This document shows positions 1-9,982 of a stretch of 64,000 bases of DNA, one piece after another. The position numbers and the translations under genes are program-made. Source of the stretch: Candidatus Aminicenantes bacterium (lineage in GTDB: Bacteria; Acidobacteriota; Aminicenantia; Aminicenantales; JAFGBC01). The stretch lies in NCBI GenBank assembly GCA_963702005.1, contig OY969696.1, positions 1,952,001 to 2,016,000 of the forward strand. Direction: 5' to 3'. Each line of letters begins with the position of its first letter. The stretch's first letter is position 1. The notes under the pieces are model-generated. The model was not told where the DNA came from, ran no database searches, and saw nothing but the letters and a program-made list of their open reading frames with translations.

Positions 1-1635
1 CGAACGGTCCTCGTTCCGGACATAGACGTAGCCGTCTGCGAAGAGGTAATGCTGGTTGAGGAAGGAGCGGTCTCCCGGCAGCCAGCCGTAAAGAATCCGG
101 TTTCCGAACCGGGTGAAATCCTCCCGCATCTCGAATCCCATCCCGGGGTCGTAATCCCTTCCCGCCCGCGACAGCCCCAGGTTGAAGCCCAATCCTTTCC
201 GCGTCCTCCGCTCCCAGGCGATCCTGAACCGGGCCGGGTCCAGCGAGGCGACCCGATTGGCCATTCCGTTCTCGAATGACTGGGCCCAGTTCAGGAGAAG
301 ATAGTCGTCTCCCTGAACTCGGAACGTTCCGTCGAGGCCGTAGACGGTGTTGTAAGATCCGTCGGCGCCGAACCTGGCCGTGACCATGCCGCCGACGTAA
401 GAAAATAAATTGAACACCCTGCGGCGAAGGCGGACCACCCCGAAATTCTCCGAAGGGAGCCCTTCCTTCCGGAGCGGCGCCGTCTCCATGTCCAGGACGC
501 CCAAGTCCCAGGAGCCGAGGCGGCCGACCAGGCGCGCCCCTCCGTATATGCGAACAGGCTCTTCTTCGTAGATTCCGATCCGGCGGCTGTAGAACAGCTG
601 ATTGTATTCGCCGAAGCTGAAATCGAAGATGCCGGCCCGTTCCAGAAAAAATAATCTCTTTTCGGGAAAGAACAGGGAAAAACGGGTCAGGTTGACTTGG
701 TAGTCGTCCGCCTCGACCTGGGCAAAATCCGTGTTCAGGGTCAGGTCGAGGGTCAGGTTGCTGGTCAGGCCGTACTTGACGTCCAGGCCGGCTTCGGCTT
801 TGGGCTTATCGCTATGGATATAGGCCGTTTCATCGTCGTTGAGGTCGTTCGACTGCCCGTAGCCGCCGAGTCCGTAGGGCGTGATGTAAAGCGGCCGGCG
901 GCCGCGCACGCCTTCCAGGACGATTTCGTGCGCCTGGGACGGCTTCCACATGCTCATCGTCCCGAGCTTGGGGTCGATCGCCGGATATATGATGCCCTCG
1001 GTCTTGCGCGGGATGTAGCGGAAAGCGATCAGGCCCATAAACACTCGGCCGTCCCGGTCCTGAAAGCGAAGGCTGGAGAAGGGAATCCGCATCTCTGCGA
1101 ACCAGCCTAGGTCATTTTGCGCGACGGCCACGTCCCAGAACGTGTTCCAGCTCGCGTTGATGGGCATATCGTTGATCGTCCGTTGCTCGGCGTCGTTGGT
1201 CACCATGCCGTCCCAGCGCAGGCCGGAGGGTGTCGTCATGAAAGCCAGGGCGTTTTCCTTATCGTTGAACGTGTCCAGGATAATCCCGAACCACTCCGTG
1301 TTGGACTCGAAGTAGTCGCGCTTTTTGGAAGGAGATTGGATTTTATCGGGTTCCCGGTCATAGAGCCGGCCGGCCACATAGAGGAAGTTCTCATCGTGGC
1401 CGATCAGGATCTCGGTTTGTTCCGAGGGCGGACGGCCCGGGTTGGGGATTAATGTGACCATCGGCAAAGGCTGAATGCCGTTCCAGGAGTCCTCGTCGCT
1501 CAGGCCGTCGAGTTTGACCGGTCCTGAGATTTTGGGAATGAGCAGAGGATCCCGGGACCTATCCGGAGGCGGCTCTTGAGAAAAGAGCCCGCCGGCGGCG
1601 ACGAGGACAAAGGCTGCGATCGAAGAGAAATTCAT
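1..1635 (-). CDS. DUF5916/CBM9-like secreted or outer-membrane protein, running off the window start
   Basis: Hand translation (absent from the ORF track): MNFSSIAAFVLVAAGGLFSQ signal, then LDG..DE, WFAEMRIPFSSLRF and LTLNTDFAQVEADDYQVNLTRFSLFFPEKRLFFLE, typical of DUF5916. Confidence 0.8.
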   Translation of the reverse strand, partial: MNFSSIAAFVLVAAGGLFSQEPPPDRSRDPLLIPKISGPVKLDGLSDEDSWNGIQPLPMVTLIPNPGRPPSEQTEILIGHDENFLYVAGRLYDREPDKIQSPSKKRDYFESNTEWFGIILDTFNDKENALAFMTTPSGLRWDGMVTNDAEQRTINDMPINASWNTFWDVAVAQNDLGWFAEMRIPFSSLRFQDRDGRVFMGLIAFRYIPRKTEGIIYPAIDPKLGTMSMWKPSQAHEIVLEGVRGRRPLYITPYGLGGYGQSNDLNDDETAYIHSDKPKAEAGLDVKYGLTSNLTLDLTLNTDFAQVEADDYQVNLTRFSLFFPEKRLFFLERAGIFDFSFGEYNQLFYSRRIGIYEEEPVRIYGGARLVGRLGSWDLGVLDMETAPLRKEGLPSENFGVVRLRRRVFNLFSYVGGMVTARFGADGSYNTVYGLDGTFRVQGDDYLLLNWAQSFENGMANRVASLDPARFRIAWERRTRKGLGFNLGLSRAGRDYDPGMGFEMREDFTRFGNRILYGWLPGDRSFLNQHYLFADGYVYVRNEDRS

Positions 1636-1690
1636 TTGATATCCTTTCCAGGAGGGACGGCCGGGACGCGCCGGCGCCGCGGATCGAGCG

Positions 1691-2209
1691 CTATTTCTTT
1701 TCGACAGGAAGGACGAGCTCGGTCCTGAGTTTTTCGGGCGCGACCATCTGGGGATTGTCGATGTATTTTTCCATCGGCGGGCCGGCGACTTTCCATCCGT
1801 TCTGGTCGATGAAGGTTATCATCTTGGCGTAGGTTTCCCCGACCTTGTCATAGGGACCGACGTGAACGCAGACGGCGACCTTGGGATGGCCGAATTCCCC
1901 CTTTTTGAGGGGATCGACCGGCGCGGCGCCGGGAGCGATCGGCATCCCGATCAGCCATTTGAGCTCGGCTTCGGGGACTTGGCGGGGGTCGTTGAAATAA
2001 ATGGCGAAGGGACCCCCGGCCGGTTTCAGGCCCTGCTTGAAGAAGGCGCCCATGAATTCCATCATCTTCTGGGGAATCTGCTGGTACGATCCCGCGCAGT
2101 CGAGGTAGGCATAGGGGAAGGGCGTCTGGTCCTTGACCTGGACGTCCTGTCCGTAGCCGAGGGCGACGCAGGCCAGAAGAGCCAAAATCGAGATTGCCGT
2201 TTTTTTCAT
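1691..2209 (-). CDS. Secreted GyrI-like small-molecule-binding protein
   Basis: Start MKKTAISIL after GGAG; signal peptide; HVGPYDKVGETY and EKYIDNP...LRTEL motifs. Confidence 0.8.
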   Translation of the reverse strand: MKKTAISILALLACVALGYGQDVQVKDQTPFPYAYLDCAGSYQQIPQKMMEFMGAFFKQGLKPAGGPFAIYFNDPRQVPEAELKWLIGMPIAPGAAPVDPLKKGEFGHPKVAVCVHVGPYDKVGETYAKMITFIDQNGWKVAGPPMEKYIDNPQMVAPEKLRTELVLPVEKK

Positions 2210-2264
2210 GGTGTCTCCCTTGAATTCCCGTATTTTGTCCCCGAGGGGAGGGGATTTCGAGGGG

Positions 2265-2293
2265 ATGATACCGAAGCGCGGACGCGGAGTCAA
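2265..2293 (-). promoter_or_regulatory. Sigma70-like promoter of the GyrI-like gene
   Basis: TTGACT-17 nt-TATCAT; the -35 overlaps the end of hairpin element A. Confidence 0.65.
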
Positions 2294-2400
2294 CCCCTCG
2301 ACTCCCCGGCATGAATGCCGGGGTTTGTTCGGGGGTAACCCTGAGCCTCGCTCCCTATCCTCACCTTGAAAGGCGGGGATTAGCGTCGGCGAACGGGTCA
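2289..2400 (-). repeat. Hairpin element copy A (IS200/IS605-end-like, non-autonomous)
   Basis: About 85% identical by eye to the reverse complement of 20887-20997; two GC hairpins. Confidence 0.8.
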
Positions 2401-2405
2401 ACTCG

Positions 2406-3161
2406 TTAGAATAAGATCTCCGCTTCGATTCCCCGTGCCCGGAACAAGTCGGCCAGCTCGGCCGCCGTCCTCCGAAAATAGCCCTCGTTTAGGACGTCCC
2501 TGAAGCCGTGGCGGACGAGGAAGGGTTGGAACGTCTCCATGTAGTTCATGCGGTCGATGAGGACCCGGTCGACCCGGCCCTCGAGGAGGGCCGCCATCTT
2601 CTCCGGGTTCAGGGGGAGGAGCGGACCGATGAAGGCGAAGGTCCGGATGCCGCGCGAACGGAGGACGCCAAGGGCCTTGGCTCGCTTCTCGGGCGTGGAG
2701 GCTAGGGGCTCGAACAGGCGGGCCGTCCGTTCGTCGTCCGTCGCGATCGTGAACCCGACCTCGAGCTTCCGGATCCGCGCCAGGACGTCGATGTCGCGGA
2801 GGAGGAGGACGGATTTCGACTGGACCTGGACGGAAAAGCCGCTCTCGGCCAAAACCTCCAGGCAGCGCCGCGTCAGGAGATAGCGGGCCTCGAGCGGTTG
2901 GTAGGGATCGCAGACGGAGCTGACCCAGACCGTGCCCGGCTTGGCCCGCCGGAGCTGATTGCGGAGGAGGTCGGGAGCGTTTGTTTTAGCGTCGACGAAC
3001 GTCCCCCAAGGCTCGCTGTGGCCCGAGTAGCGGGGGATGAAGAGCTTGGCGTAACAGTAAGCGCAGCCGACCTGACAGCCGGTGTAGGGATTGACGCAGT
3101 AGTCGAAAATCTTGGACTTGTTGAGGATGCTCTTGGCCTCGACCTCGCGGACCTGGATCAT
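2406..3161 (-). CDS. Radical SAM protein, SplB/Rv2578c-like
   Basis: NPYTGCQVGCAYCYA (CxxxCxxC) and SSVCDPYQPLE motifs. Confidence 0.85.
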   Translation of the reverse strand: MIQVREVEAKSILNKSKIFDYCVNPYTGCQVGCAYCYAKLFIPRYSGHSEPWGTFVDAKTNAPDLLRNQLRRAKPGTVWVSSVCDPYQPLEARYLLTRRCLEVLAESGFSVQVQSKSVLLLRDIDVLARIRKLEVGFTIATDDERTARLFEPLASTPEKRAKALGVLRSRGIRTFAFIGPLLPLNPEKMAALLEGRVDRVLIDRMNYMETFQPFLVRHGFRDVLNEGYFRRTAAELADLFRARGIEAEILF

Positions 3162-3289
3162 ATCGCGTGAATCCTTCAAGTTTTAAGATTTATGGGCTTT
3201 GGAAGCGGCTCGGGCCGGGCCAGTATTTGATCATTAATGTATTATACTTGACGTAACCGGCGGCGGCGATATATTAAAGGTTCTATTCC

Positions 3290-4987
3290 ATGATCCAGAG
3301 GAGATTTCGTTTTTCGGACGCCATTGTCATATCGCTCCTCTCTCTCTGGGCGCCGCGCCCGATCATGGCGACGGACCAGGCGCCCGCGCTCCCGGACCTG
3401 ATCAGGGACCGGCTGACGGAGCTGGCGTACGCTCCGTCCCCCGACCGGGAATCGCTCGGAGCCCCGGAAGCTCTTTTCGTCTTCTATCGGAAACGGAACT
3501 ACGAGCCGGGCTGGACAAGAGACGGGCTGCTCCTGGCCCGGGCCGAGGACCTGATCCGAGCGCTCGCCGAAGCCGACCTTGAGGGCCTTGACCGGGCCGA
3601 CTACCATTATGGGCCGATCCAGCGCCTTGCCGGCGATATCATCTCAAAAAATAAAAAAAGGAAGGCCGTCTCTCCCATGGACATGGCCGATCTGGACCTC
3701 TATTGCTCGGATGCGTTCATTATTTACGCCGCCCATCTTCTCCGGGGCAAGGTCGACCAGGAAACCATGGAGCCGGCCTGGGGCCTTTGGCCGTCCGAGC
3801 TGACGCTGGCCTCGTTCCTGGAGGACTCGCTTTTCGCCGAGGGCGTCCGGGACGCCCTGCGCGGCCTCCTTCCGCGCCACGCGCACTACGGTCGATTGAG
3901 GAGGGCGTTCCTGGAAGCTCGAGCCGGCGAAAACGACTGGCCGCGAATCAAGGACGGTCCGCCTCTCGGCGGCGGGGACCGCGGACGCCGCGTCGAAAAG
4001 CTCCGCCGTCGCCTCGAAGCGAGCGGCGACTGCCCGGAGACGGGCTCGGGCGCCCGGGATGTTTTCGACGACAGCCTCGAGCGCGGGCTGAGGCTTTTTC
4101 AGGAAAGGCACGGCCTCCACCCGACGGGCGTCCTGGACGGCTCGACCTTGACCTTACTGAACCTGCCGCGCGAGGAATGGACCCGACGGCTCCTCGTCAA
4201 CCTCGAGCGCTGGCGCTGGCTGCCCCGCGATCTCGGCCCCCTCTATCTCCTCGTCAACGTCGCCGACTTTCGCCTCGGCGTCTTCGAGCGGGAGCGGCCG
4301 GTCCTGACCATGAAGATCGTGGCCGGGAACAGGGACTGGCCGACGCCCGTCTTCGCCAGCCGGATCTATCAGGTCATCCTCAATCCCTTCTGGGTTATCC
4401 CGGCCGAGGTCGTCCTCAAGGAGACGAAAAACTACATGCTGGCCGATCCGAACTACCTGACCTCGAATAAGATGAAGCTCTATCGAGGCTGGGGCGATGA
4501 GATTCATGAACTGGATCCTAAGGCCGTGGACTGGAAAAATCTCGACGCCGAGAACCTGAATTTCCATATCCGGCAGGCGCCCGGCCCTCTCAACGTCCTG
4601 GGGGCGGTCAAGTTCGCCATGATGAATAAATACGAGATTTATCTCCACGATACGCCTTACCAGGAGGATTTTGGAAAGGCGTTTCGGGCTTACAGCCACG
4701 GCTGCATCCGCGTCGAGAAGCCGATCGACCTGGCCGTCCGGATCCTCAAGGGCCGCAACGGCTGGACGGCCGAGAGTCTCCGCGAAGCCATCGCCCTGGG
4801 CGCCGAGACGAAAATCGATCTGGCCAAGGCGGTCGAAGTTTATTTCCTATACGGGACGGCTTGGGCGAACGAGGACCGGACGGTCGAATTCCGCCTCGAC
4901 GCCTATCAGCTCGACGCGAGGCTGTACGAAGCTCTGCGCCGGCCGGCGCCCTGGACTTCCGAAGGAGCGCGTCAAGCCTTAAAATAG
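3290..4987 (+). CDS. L,D-transpeptidase, YcbB/LdtD-like
   Basis: PG-binding segment (FQERHGL..TGVLD), NLERWRWLP, IYLHDTP and catalytic SHGCIRV. Confidence 0.9.
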   Translation: MIQRRFRFSDAIVISLLSLWAPRPIMATDQAPALPDLIRDRLTELAYAPSPDRESLGAPEALFVFYRKRNYEPGWTRDGLLLARAEDLIRALAEADLEGLDRADYHYGPIQRLAGDIISKNKKRKAVSPMDMADLDLYCSDAFIIYAAHLLRGKVDQETMEPAWGLWPSELTLASFLEDSLFAEGVRDALRGLLPRHAHYGRLRRAFLEARAGENDWPRIKDGPPLGGGDRGRRVEKLRRRLEASGDCPETGSGARDVFDDSLERGLRLFQERHGLHPTGVLDGSTLTLLNLPREEWTRRLLVNLERWRWLPRDLGPLYLLVNVADFRLGVFERERPVLTMKIVAGNRDWPTPVFASRIYQVILNPFWVIPAEVVLKETKNYMLADPNYLTSNKMKLYRGWGDEIHELDPKAVDWKNLDAENLNFHIRQAPGPLNVLGAVKFAMMNKYEIYLHDTPYQEDFGKAFRAYSHGCIRVEKPIDLAVRILKGRNGWTAESLREAIALGAETKIDLAKAVEVYFLYGTAWANEDRTVEFRLDAYQLDARLYEALRRPAPWTSEGARQALK

Positions 4988-5071
4988 AAGAGAGGAAACA
5001 GCCATGAGTCCCAAGGACATGGTCGAATTCGAGCTCGTCCCCGTCGAGGCCGAATAGGGAAAGAGGACGGC

Positions 5072-7384
5072 ATGCGCAAGAGCGAACTCCGGGTTTGCGC
5101 CTTGGGTCTCGGGCTGGCACTGATCGTTTCCTTCGGAGCCGTGAAGGTTGCGGCCCGGCCGCCCGAGCATTTCCGATCTCCGCTGCCGGCCGAGGTCCGG
5201 GTCCACAACGGGGCGCCCACGGTCTTTTTCGACGGGCGGCCGGTCTTCTACGGCGCCTGGTGGGGGAGTCCGCCCTCGACCGAGGGATGGGCGCACGACG
5301 CGTTCGCCCGCTCGGTCGCACCCGAGGTCGGGATCCATATTTACGCCTTCGACATCGGGCCCCAGGAGTGGGCGGGCCCGGCTCCGGGGCGGAATTCGGA
5401 CTACGATTTCTCGACCGTTCGCCGCCGCTTCGGCCGGGTCATCGAGGCCGATCCACAGGCCTGTTTCCATCTCCGCATTTATCTCGAAATGAACGAAGGC
5501 CTATCCCGCTGGTGGCTCGACCGGTATCCCGGCGAACGCGAAGTCGTCTCCGACGGATCCCCGGACCGGCAATCGTTGGCTTCGACCGTCTGGCGCGATC
5601 AGGCCAAGGGATTCCTGAGAGCGCTGGTCGCCTTTCTGAAGGCGGACGGCCTGTTCGAGCGCGTCGTCGCCTACCAGGTCGGGACGGGCCACACCGGCGA
5701 ATGGGTCAAGGGCAAGCTTTCCATGCTCGACCTGACCGGCGATTACAGCGAGCCCATGGCCCGCTATTTCCGCGCCTGGCTCCGGGCCCGCTACGGAAGC
5801 GACCGGGACCTTCGGCTGGCCTGGAATGATCCCCATGCCTCCTTGGACGCCGCGCGGGTCCCATCGCGCGAGGCTCAACTGACGACGACCCACTTTCTCT
5901 TCCGCGATCCGCGGCGGGAGCAGAATGTCATCGACTACTATCGCGCCCTCGCGGAGCTCTCCGGTGATCTAGTCGCTGACTTCTGCCGGACGGTCAAGGA
6001 GGCGGCCGGGAGGAAGGCCCTGGCCGGGGCCTTTTTCGGCTACCTCATGGAGCTCGCCTGGAACGCGGGTTTCTTTTCAGAAGGGCCGCCCAGCGACTAT
6101 TCGACCTACCAGCGCAGCGGCCACCTCGGCCTGGCCCGCGTCTTAGCTTCGCCCGATGTCGATTTCCTGGTCAGCCCCTACGGCTACGGATTCCGCGGGA
6201 TCGGCGGCGAGGGAGGCGCCATGCCCCCCGCCGAAGCCCTCCGCCTCCACGGCAAGCTCTATATCATGGAGGACGACACGCGGACCCACACGGACTCTCA
6301 TCCCGCTTTCGGGCGGGCGCGAACCCAGGCCGAAACCGTGGCGGTTCTCCGCCGCAACTTCGGCTCGGTCCTGACACGGGGGCAGGGGATATGGTGGCTG
6401 CTGGGGAAAGGGCATATCGATACGACGCTCGATCCCGCCTTCGAACCCCTCCTGAAAAAGTTCCGGGAGATCGGCGCGTTCGGCCTCGGGACGGACCGAT
6501 CGTCCGCGGCCGAAACGGCCGTCCTCCTCGACGACGAGAGCTTTTTCTACGAGACGGTCCGGAACGACCTCGACATTCCGCTTATCTTCGAGCAGCGGCT
6601 GTTCGGCCTTCCCAGGATGGGCGCGTCCTACGACGTCCATCTTTTAAATGATTTTCTGGCCGGGAAACTCCGTCCCTACAAGCTCTACATCTTTCTGAAC
6701 GCGTTCCAGCTTGACGGCGCCCGGCGCGAGGCCCTGAAGCGGGAGCTGCGCCGCGAGGGACGGGTCGCTCTCTGGATCTACGCGCCGGGTTATATCAAGG
6801 ACGCGCCGGACGTCGCGAACATGACCGACCTGACCGGGCTGAGCTTCGGCCGGAACGACTATCCCTGGCCGGCCTCGCTCCACTTTACGGACTTCGCCCA
6901 CCCGATCACTCGGAACCTCGGGCAGGACCTCTTCTGGGGGACGGACAGCCGGCTGGGGCCCCTCTTCTACGTAGAGGACAGGGAGGCCCGCGTCCTGGGC
7001 GACGCCGTGCTTTCGCTCGGGATGTGCCGGGCGGGCTTCGCCGTCAAGACGTTCCCCGATTGGACCTCGATCTATTGCGCGGTTCCCAATCTTCCCGCTC
7101 CCGTGTTGAGGGCCGTCGCCCGATTCGCCGGCGTTCATCTTTACAGCGAGGACGGCGACGTCCTGGCCGCCTCCCGGAATCTCCTCTCCGTCCACACCGT
7201 GTCGGGAGGACGGCGGACGTTCCGGCTGCCGGGGAGGGTCGAACTTGTTTATGATCTCTTCGTAGATAAAGTCGTGGCAGCTGATTGCGACCGGTTCGTC
7301 GTGGACTTCGAGCCGGGATCGACAAGTCTCTTTTACTGCGGAGACCGGGCCGCTCTCGAGAATTGGAATCAGGAAAAACGCTGA
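5072..7384 (+). CDS. Secreted beta-galactosidase-like glycoside hydrolase (GH42-like)
   Basis: 770 aa; signal peptide; GHTGEW, DYSEP...FRAWLRARYG...AWN, EDDTRTH; C-terminal trimerisation-like region. Confidence 0.6.
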   Translation: MRKSELRVCALGLGLALIVSFGAVKVAARPPEHFRSPLPAEVRVHNGAPTVFFDGRPVFYGAWWGSPPSTEGWAHDAFARSVAPEVGIHIYAFDIGPQEWAGPAPGRNSDYDFSTVRRRFGRVIEADPQACFHLRIYLEMNEGLSRWWLDRYPGEREVVSDGSPDRQSLASTVWRDQAKGFLRALVAFLKADGLFERVVAYQVGTGHTGEWVKGKLSMLDLTGDYSEPMARYFRAWLRARYGSDRDLRLAWNDPHASLDAARVPSREAQLTTTHFLFRDPRREQNVIDYYRALAELSGDLVADFCRTVKEAAGRKALAGAFFGYLMELAWNAGFFSEGPPSDYSTYQRSGHLGLARVLASPDVDFLVSPYGYGFRGIGGEGGAMPPAEALRLHGKLYIMEDDTRTHTDSHPAFGRARTQAETVAVLRRNFGSVLTRGQGIWWLLGKGHIDTTLDPAFEPLLKKFREIGAFGLGTDRSSAAETAVLLDDESFFYETVRNDLDIPLIFEQRLFGLPRMGASYDVHLLNDFLAGKLRPYKLYIFLNAFQLDGARREALKRELRREGRVALWIYAPGYIKDAPDVANMTDLTGLSFGRNDYPWPASLHFTDFAHPITRNLGQDLFWGTDSRLGPLFYVEDREARVLGDAVLSLGMCRAGFAVKTFPDWTSIYCAVPNLPAPVLRAVARFAGVHLYSEDGDVLAASRNLLSVHTVSGGRRTFRLPGRVELVYDLFVDKVVAADCDRFVVDFEPGSTSLFYCGDRAALENWNQEKR

Positions 7385-7415
7385 GCGTATTATAAATCCA
7401 AAAAGGAGGCGCCTC

Positions 7416-7733
7416 ATGGCCGACCAGGAGAAGGACATCTTCAAGGAGATCTCGGACAAGATCCGTGAGCTGGGCGACACGATCGAGCCCCACCTGAACC
7501 AGGCGGGGGAGAAGCTGCGCGGCTTCCACAAGGCCGTCCAGCCTTCCCTGACCGATCTGGGGAAAAAGCTCCAAGAGCTGGGCCAGGTCTTCGGCCCCCC
7601 GGCCGAAGACTTCGGCCGCCGCATGAAGGAGTGGTCGAAATCCGTCAAGCCGGTCGTGGACGACATGGGCCGGCGGATGAAGGACTGGAAGAACGCCGAG
7701 AAGGATAAGAAGCCTTCCTCGCCCCAGCCTTGA
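7416..7733 (+). CDS. Hypothetical amphipathic helical-repeat protein
   Basis: AAAGGAGG RBS; repeated P...D(L/F/M)G(K/R)(K/R)(L/M) units. Confidence 0.6.
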   Translation: MADQEKDIFKEISDKIRELGDTIEPHLNQAGEKLRGFHKAVQPSLTDLGKKLQELGQVFGPPAEDFGRRMKEWSKSVKPVVDDMGRRMKDWKNAEKDKKPSSPQP

Positions 7734-8245
7734 TCGGAACGATTGCGCGTGCCCGGGCGGCGTTTTTAGTGGCGCTGTTTGTCCCGGCCTGCACGGCGGC
7801 CCAAACGCGCGACCTGTCCTTCTTCAACACTCATACCGGCGAACACCTGACCGTCACTTACCGCAGCGGAAACGAATACAGACCGGAGGCGCTCGCGCAG
7901 ATCAACCGCATTTTACGCGACCACTACAGCGGCGAAGAATACCCGGTGGATCCTCGTTTGCTAGACTTCCTTTATGATTTGTTGGCCAAGGTCGGATATA
8001 CGGGAGAGGTCCATATCATCAGCGGATATCGATCGACGCGGACCAACTCAATCATGCACAGCCGGGATAAGGGCGTCGCGGAGGGAAGCCTTCATACCGG
8101 GGGACTCGCCCTGGATTTCCGCTTGCCCGGCATCGATACCAGGAAACTCTGGGAGGCCGCCCGTTCCATGAAGCGAGGCGGCGCCGGCTACTACCGGGAA
8201 CAGGATTTCGTCCATATCGATACGGGGCGAGTCAGATCATGGTGA
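7730..8245 (+). CDS. YcbK/MepK-family (DUF882, peptidase M15) murein endopeptidase
   Basis: NTHTGE, IISGYRS..TN, GVA..SLH..G.ALD, FVHIDTG.VRSW. Confidence 0.85.
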   Translation: MIGTIARARAAFLVALFVPACTAAQTRDLSFFNTHTGEHLTVTYRSGNEYRPEALAQINRILRDHYSGEEYPVDPRLLDFLYDLLAKVGYTGEVHIISGYRSTRTNSIMHSRDKGVAEGSLHTGGLALDFRLPGIDTRKLWEAARSMKRGGAGYYREQDFVHIDTGRVRSW

Positions 8246-8252
8246 TCTTACT

Positions 8253-8296
8253 ACGGGGAGCAGAATAGACATTGCATAGTCCTTGCTGCTCCCCGA
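8253..8296. terminator. Inverted repeat between convergent genes, possible terminator
   Basis: CGGGGAGCAG...CTGCTCCCCG arms with a long loop. Confidence 0.35.
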
Positions 8297-8326
8297 GTAC
8301 TAGCCGGGCGATAAGGATATATGGAG

Positions 8327-9814
8327 TCAACTATATTTCGCCCGGCTTAGTAATGGAGCGGCTTCGAAGAGCTCGAAGTCCCAGATCGTCGGTCCGGCCG
8401 ACGCTTTGAGGATGTGGAGGCGGACGACCTGTCCCGATGTTCGGGGGAAGGTCAGGGTCGCGCCCGAAACGCCGATCGTCGTGCCCCGACAAATCGGCTT
8501 CCAGGTTTCGTCGGCCGCTTTGACCTCCAGGGCGTAGTCCTGGATTCGATCCCAGCCTTCGCTGAGGAAAGCGGCATCGAACTCGCAAGGCCGCCCCAGA
8601 TCGATCTCAAGCCAGCAGTCTCCGATTCCGTCGTCGGTCGCCCAGCGCGTTCCGGAGTCGTCGTCGACGGCGAAGGCGGCTGCGTATTGAGGATCGTTCT
8701 TGTAGACGTTGGAGGCCGAGGCCTTGGCCCCGAAACTGAGCGAGGGACGGATCGCGGCTTGATCGGCGATCGCGGCTTTCAAGTCCATCAGCCGCGCAAC
8801 GGTCGCTTCCGGGATGCGGCCTGTCCGGTCCGGCGCGAGGTCGAGCAGGAGATTGGCCCCCTTGAGGACGGTAGATTGATAAAGCCGGACAAGGCTCCGG
8901 ACGGATTTCAGGGCGTCGCCGGATTCCCAGAACCAGTGATGGGCCAGCGTATCGCAGGTCTCCATGGGCAGATAGTAGGTCTTGCCGGCGACGGAGATGA
9001 GGGGATTATGGCCTGCCGCGGGAGGAGGCGTCACTTCTCCGTTGTTCAGGTCTTTGGGCCAGAGCAGGACGGGCGGACGTCCATATTCCTTGTGAAGGAA
9101 GGTGGGCGGCATCGAGCGGACTTGGCTTCCGTCGACGAATCCTTGATTGAGAAGGATGAGGCAGCCGGGCTGGATCGATTTCAGCTTGGCGTAAAGACGG
9201 GAGAGGACTTTGTCCGTATCGGGCCCCATATCCCAGGGTATGTCCAACCACAATTCGGTGATCGGGCCATAATCGGTCAGAAGCTCTTCGAGCTGGCCCG
9301 CGCAGAACGCTTCATACTCTTCGGGCGTCATGATTTTCTGGTTGTGCTTATCCCATCCCAGCAGGTAGTAGAAGCCGGGACGGATATCGTACTTGCGGCA
9401 GGCAGCGACGAAGGCCCGGATGACGTCGGCCGGGTCGGAGCTGGTGGCGACGTCATAATCCGTGAAGCGGCTGTCCCACAGGGCGTGTCCGTAGCAGTGC
9501 TTGGAGGTCAGAACCGCATATCTCATCCCCGCGTCGCTGGCGACCCGAATCCATTGGTCGACATCGAGACGCGTCGGGGCATAGACCTTGGATTCGGACG
9601 GAACTTCGCCGAATTCCAGGCCGGTGAAGGTGGACATGCCGAAATGGATGAACATGCCGAACCGGAGTTCTTCCCAGTCGGCCAGGACCTGAGTTCTCCC
9701 TACGGCGGGAGACCTTCGGGGTCTGCAGGACGCGCCTAAGACGGCGAAGACGGCGATCGATACGATCGAAACGCAGACAGCGACCCAGGCGACTTTCTTT
9801 GACGGACCAACCAT
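8327..9814 (-). CDS. Alpha-L-fucosidase GH29 with C-terminal F5/8 type C (CBM32-like) domain
   Basis: FGMFIHFG, AGMRYAVLTSKH, ANLLLDLAPDRTG; C-terminal AVDDDSGTRW...WLEIDLG. Confidence 0.85.
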   Translation of the reverse strand: MVGPSKKVAWVAVCVSIVSIAVFAVLGASCRPRRSPAVGRTQVLADWEELRFGMFIHFGMSTFTGLEFGEVPSESKVYAPTRLDVDQWIRVASDAGMRYAVLTSKHCYGHALWDSRFTDYDVATSSDPADVIRAFVAACRKYDIRPGFYYLLGWDKHNQKIMTPEEYEAFCAGQLEELLTDYGPITELWLDIPWDMGPDTDKVLSRLYAKLKSIQPGCLILLNQGFVDGSQVRSMPPTFLHKEYGRPPVLLWPKDLNNGEVTPPPAAGHNPLISVAGKTYYLPMETCDTLAHHWFWESGDALKSVRSLVRLYQSTVLKGANLLLDLAPDRTGRIPEATVARLMDLKAAIADQAAIRPSLSFGAKASASNVYKNDPQYAAAFAVDDDSGTRWATDDGIGDCWLEIDLGRPCEFDAAFLSEGWDRIQDYALEVKAADETWKPICRGTTIGVSGATLTFPRTSGQVVRLHILKASAGPTIWDFELFEAAPLLSRAKYS

Positions 9815-9932
9815 ATCGAGACCTCCCCTCGGCAGGGCAGGCATCGTCCGCCGTTCCGGCCGGCAGCAGTCCCTTGCCCTCATTTTCTCCGCTTTCCGAA
9901 TGCGGACGGTCCGATCTATCCAGCGGGCCGGC

Positions 9933-9980
9933 TCACAGTTCCTCGACGAAGATATTCCGGAAATAGGCCGGCGACTCGCT
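9933..9980 (-). pseudogene. Orphan duplicate of the 3' end of the TIM/DUF1080 gene
   Basis: Reads SESPAYFRNIFVEEL* versus SESPVYFKNIFVKEL* at 12380-12427; 38/48 nt identical. Confidence 0.85.
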
Positions 9981-9982
9981 TA

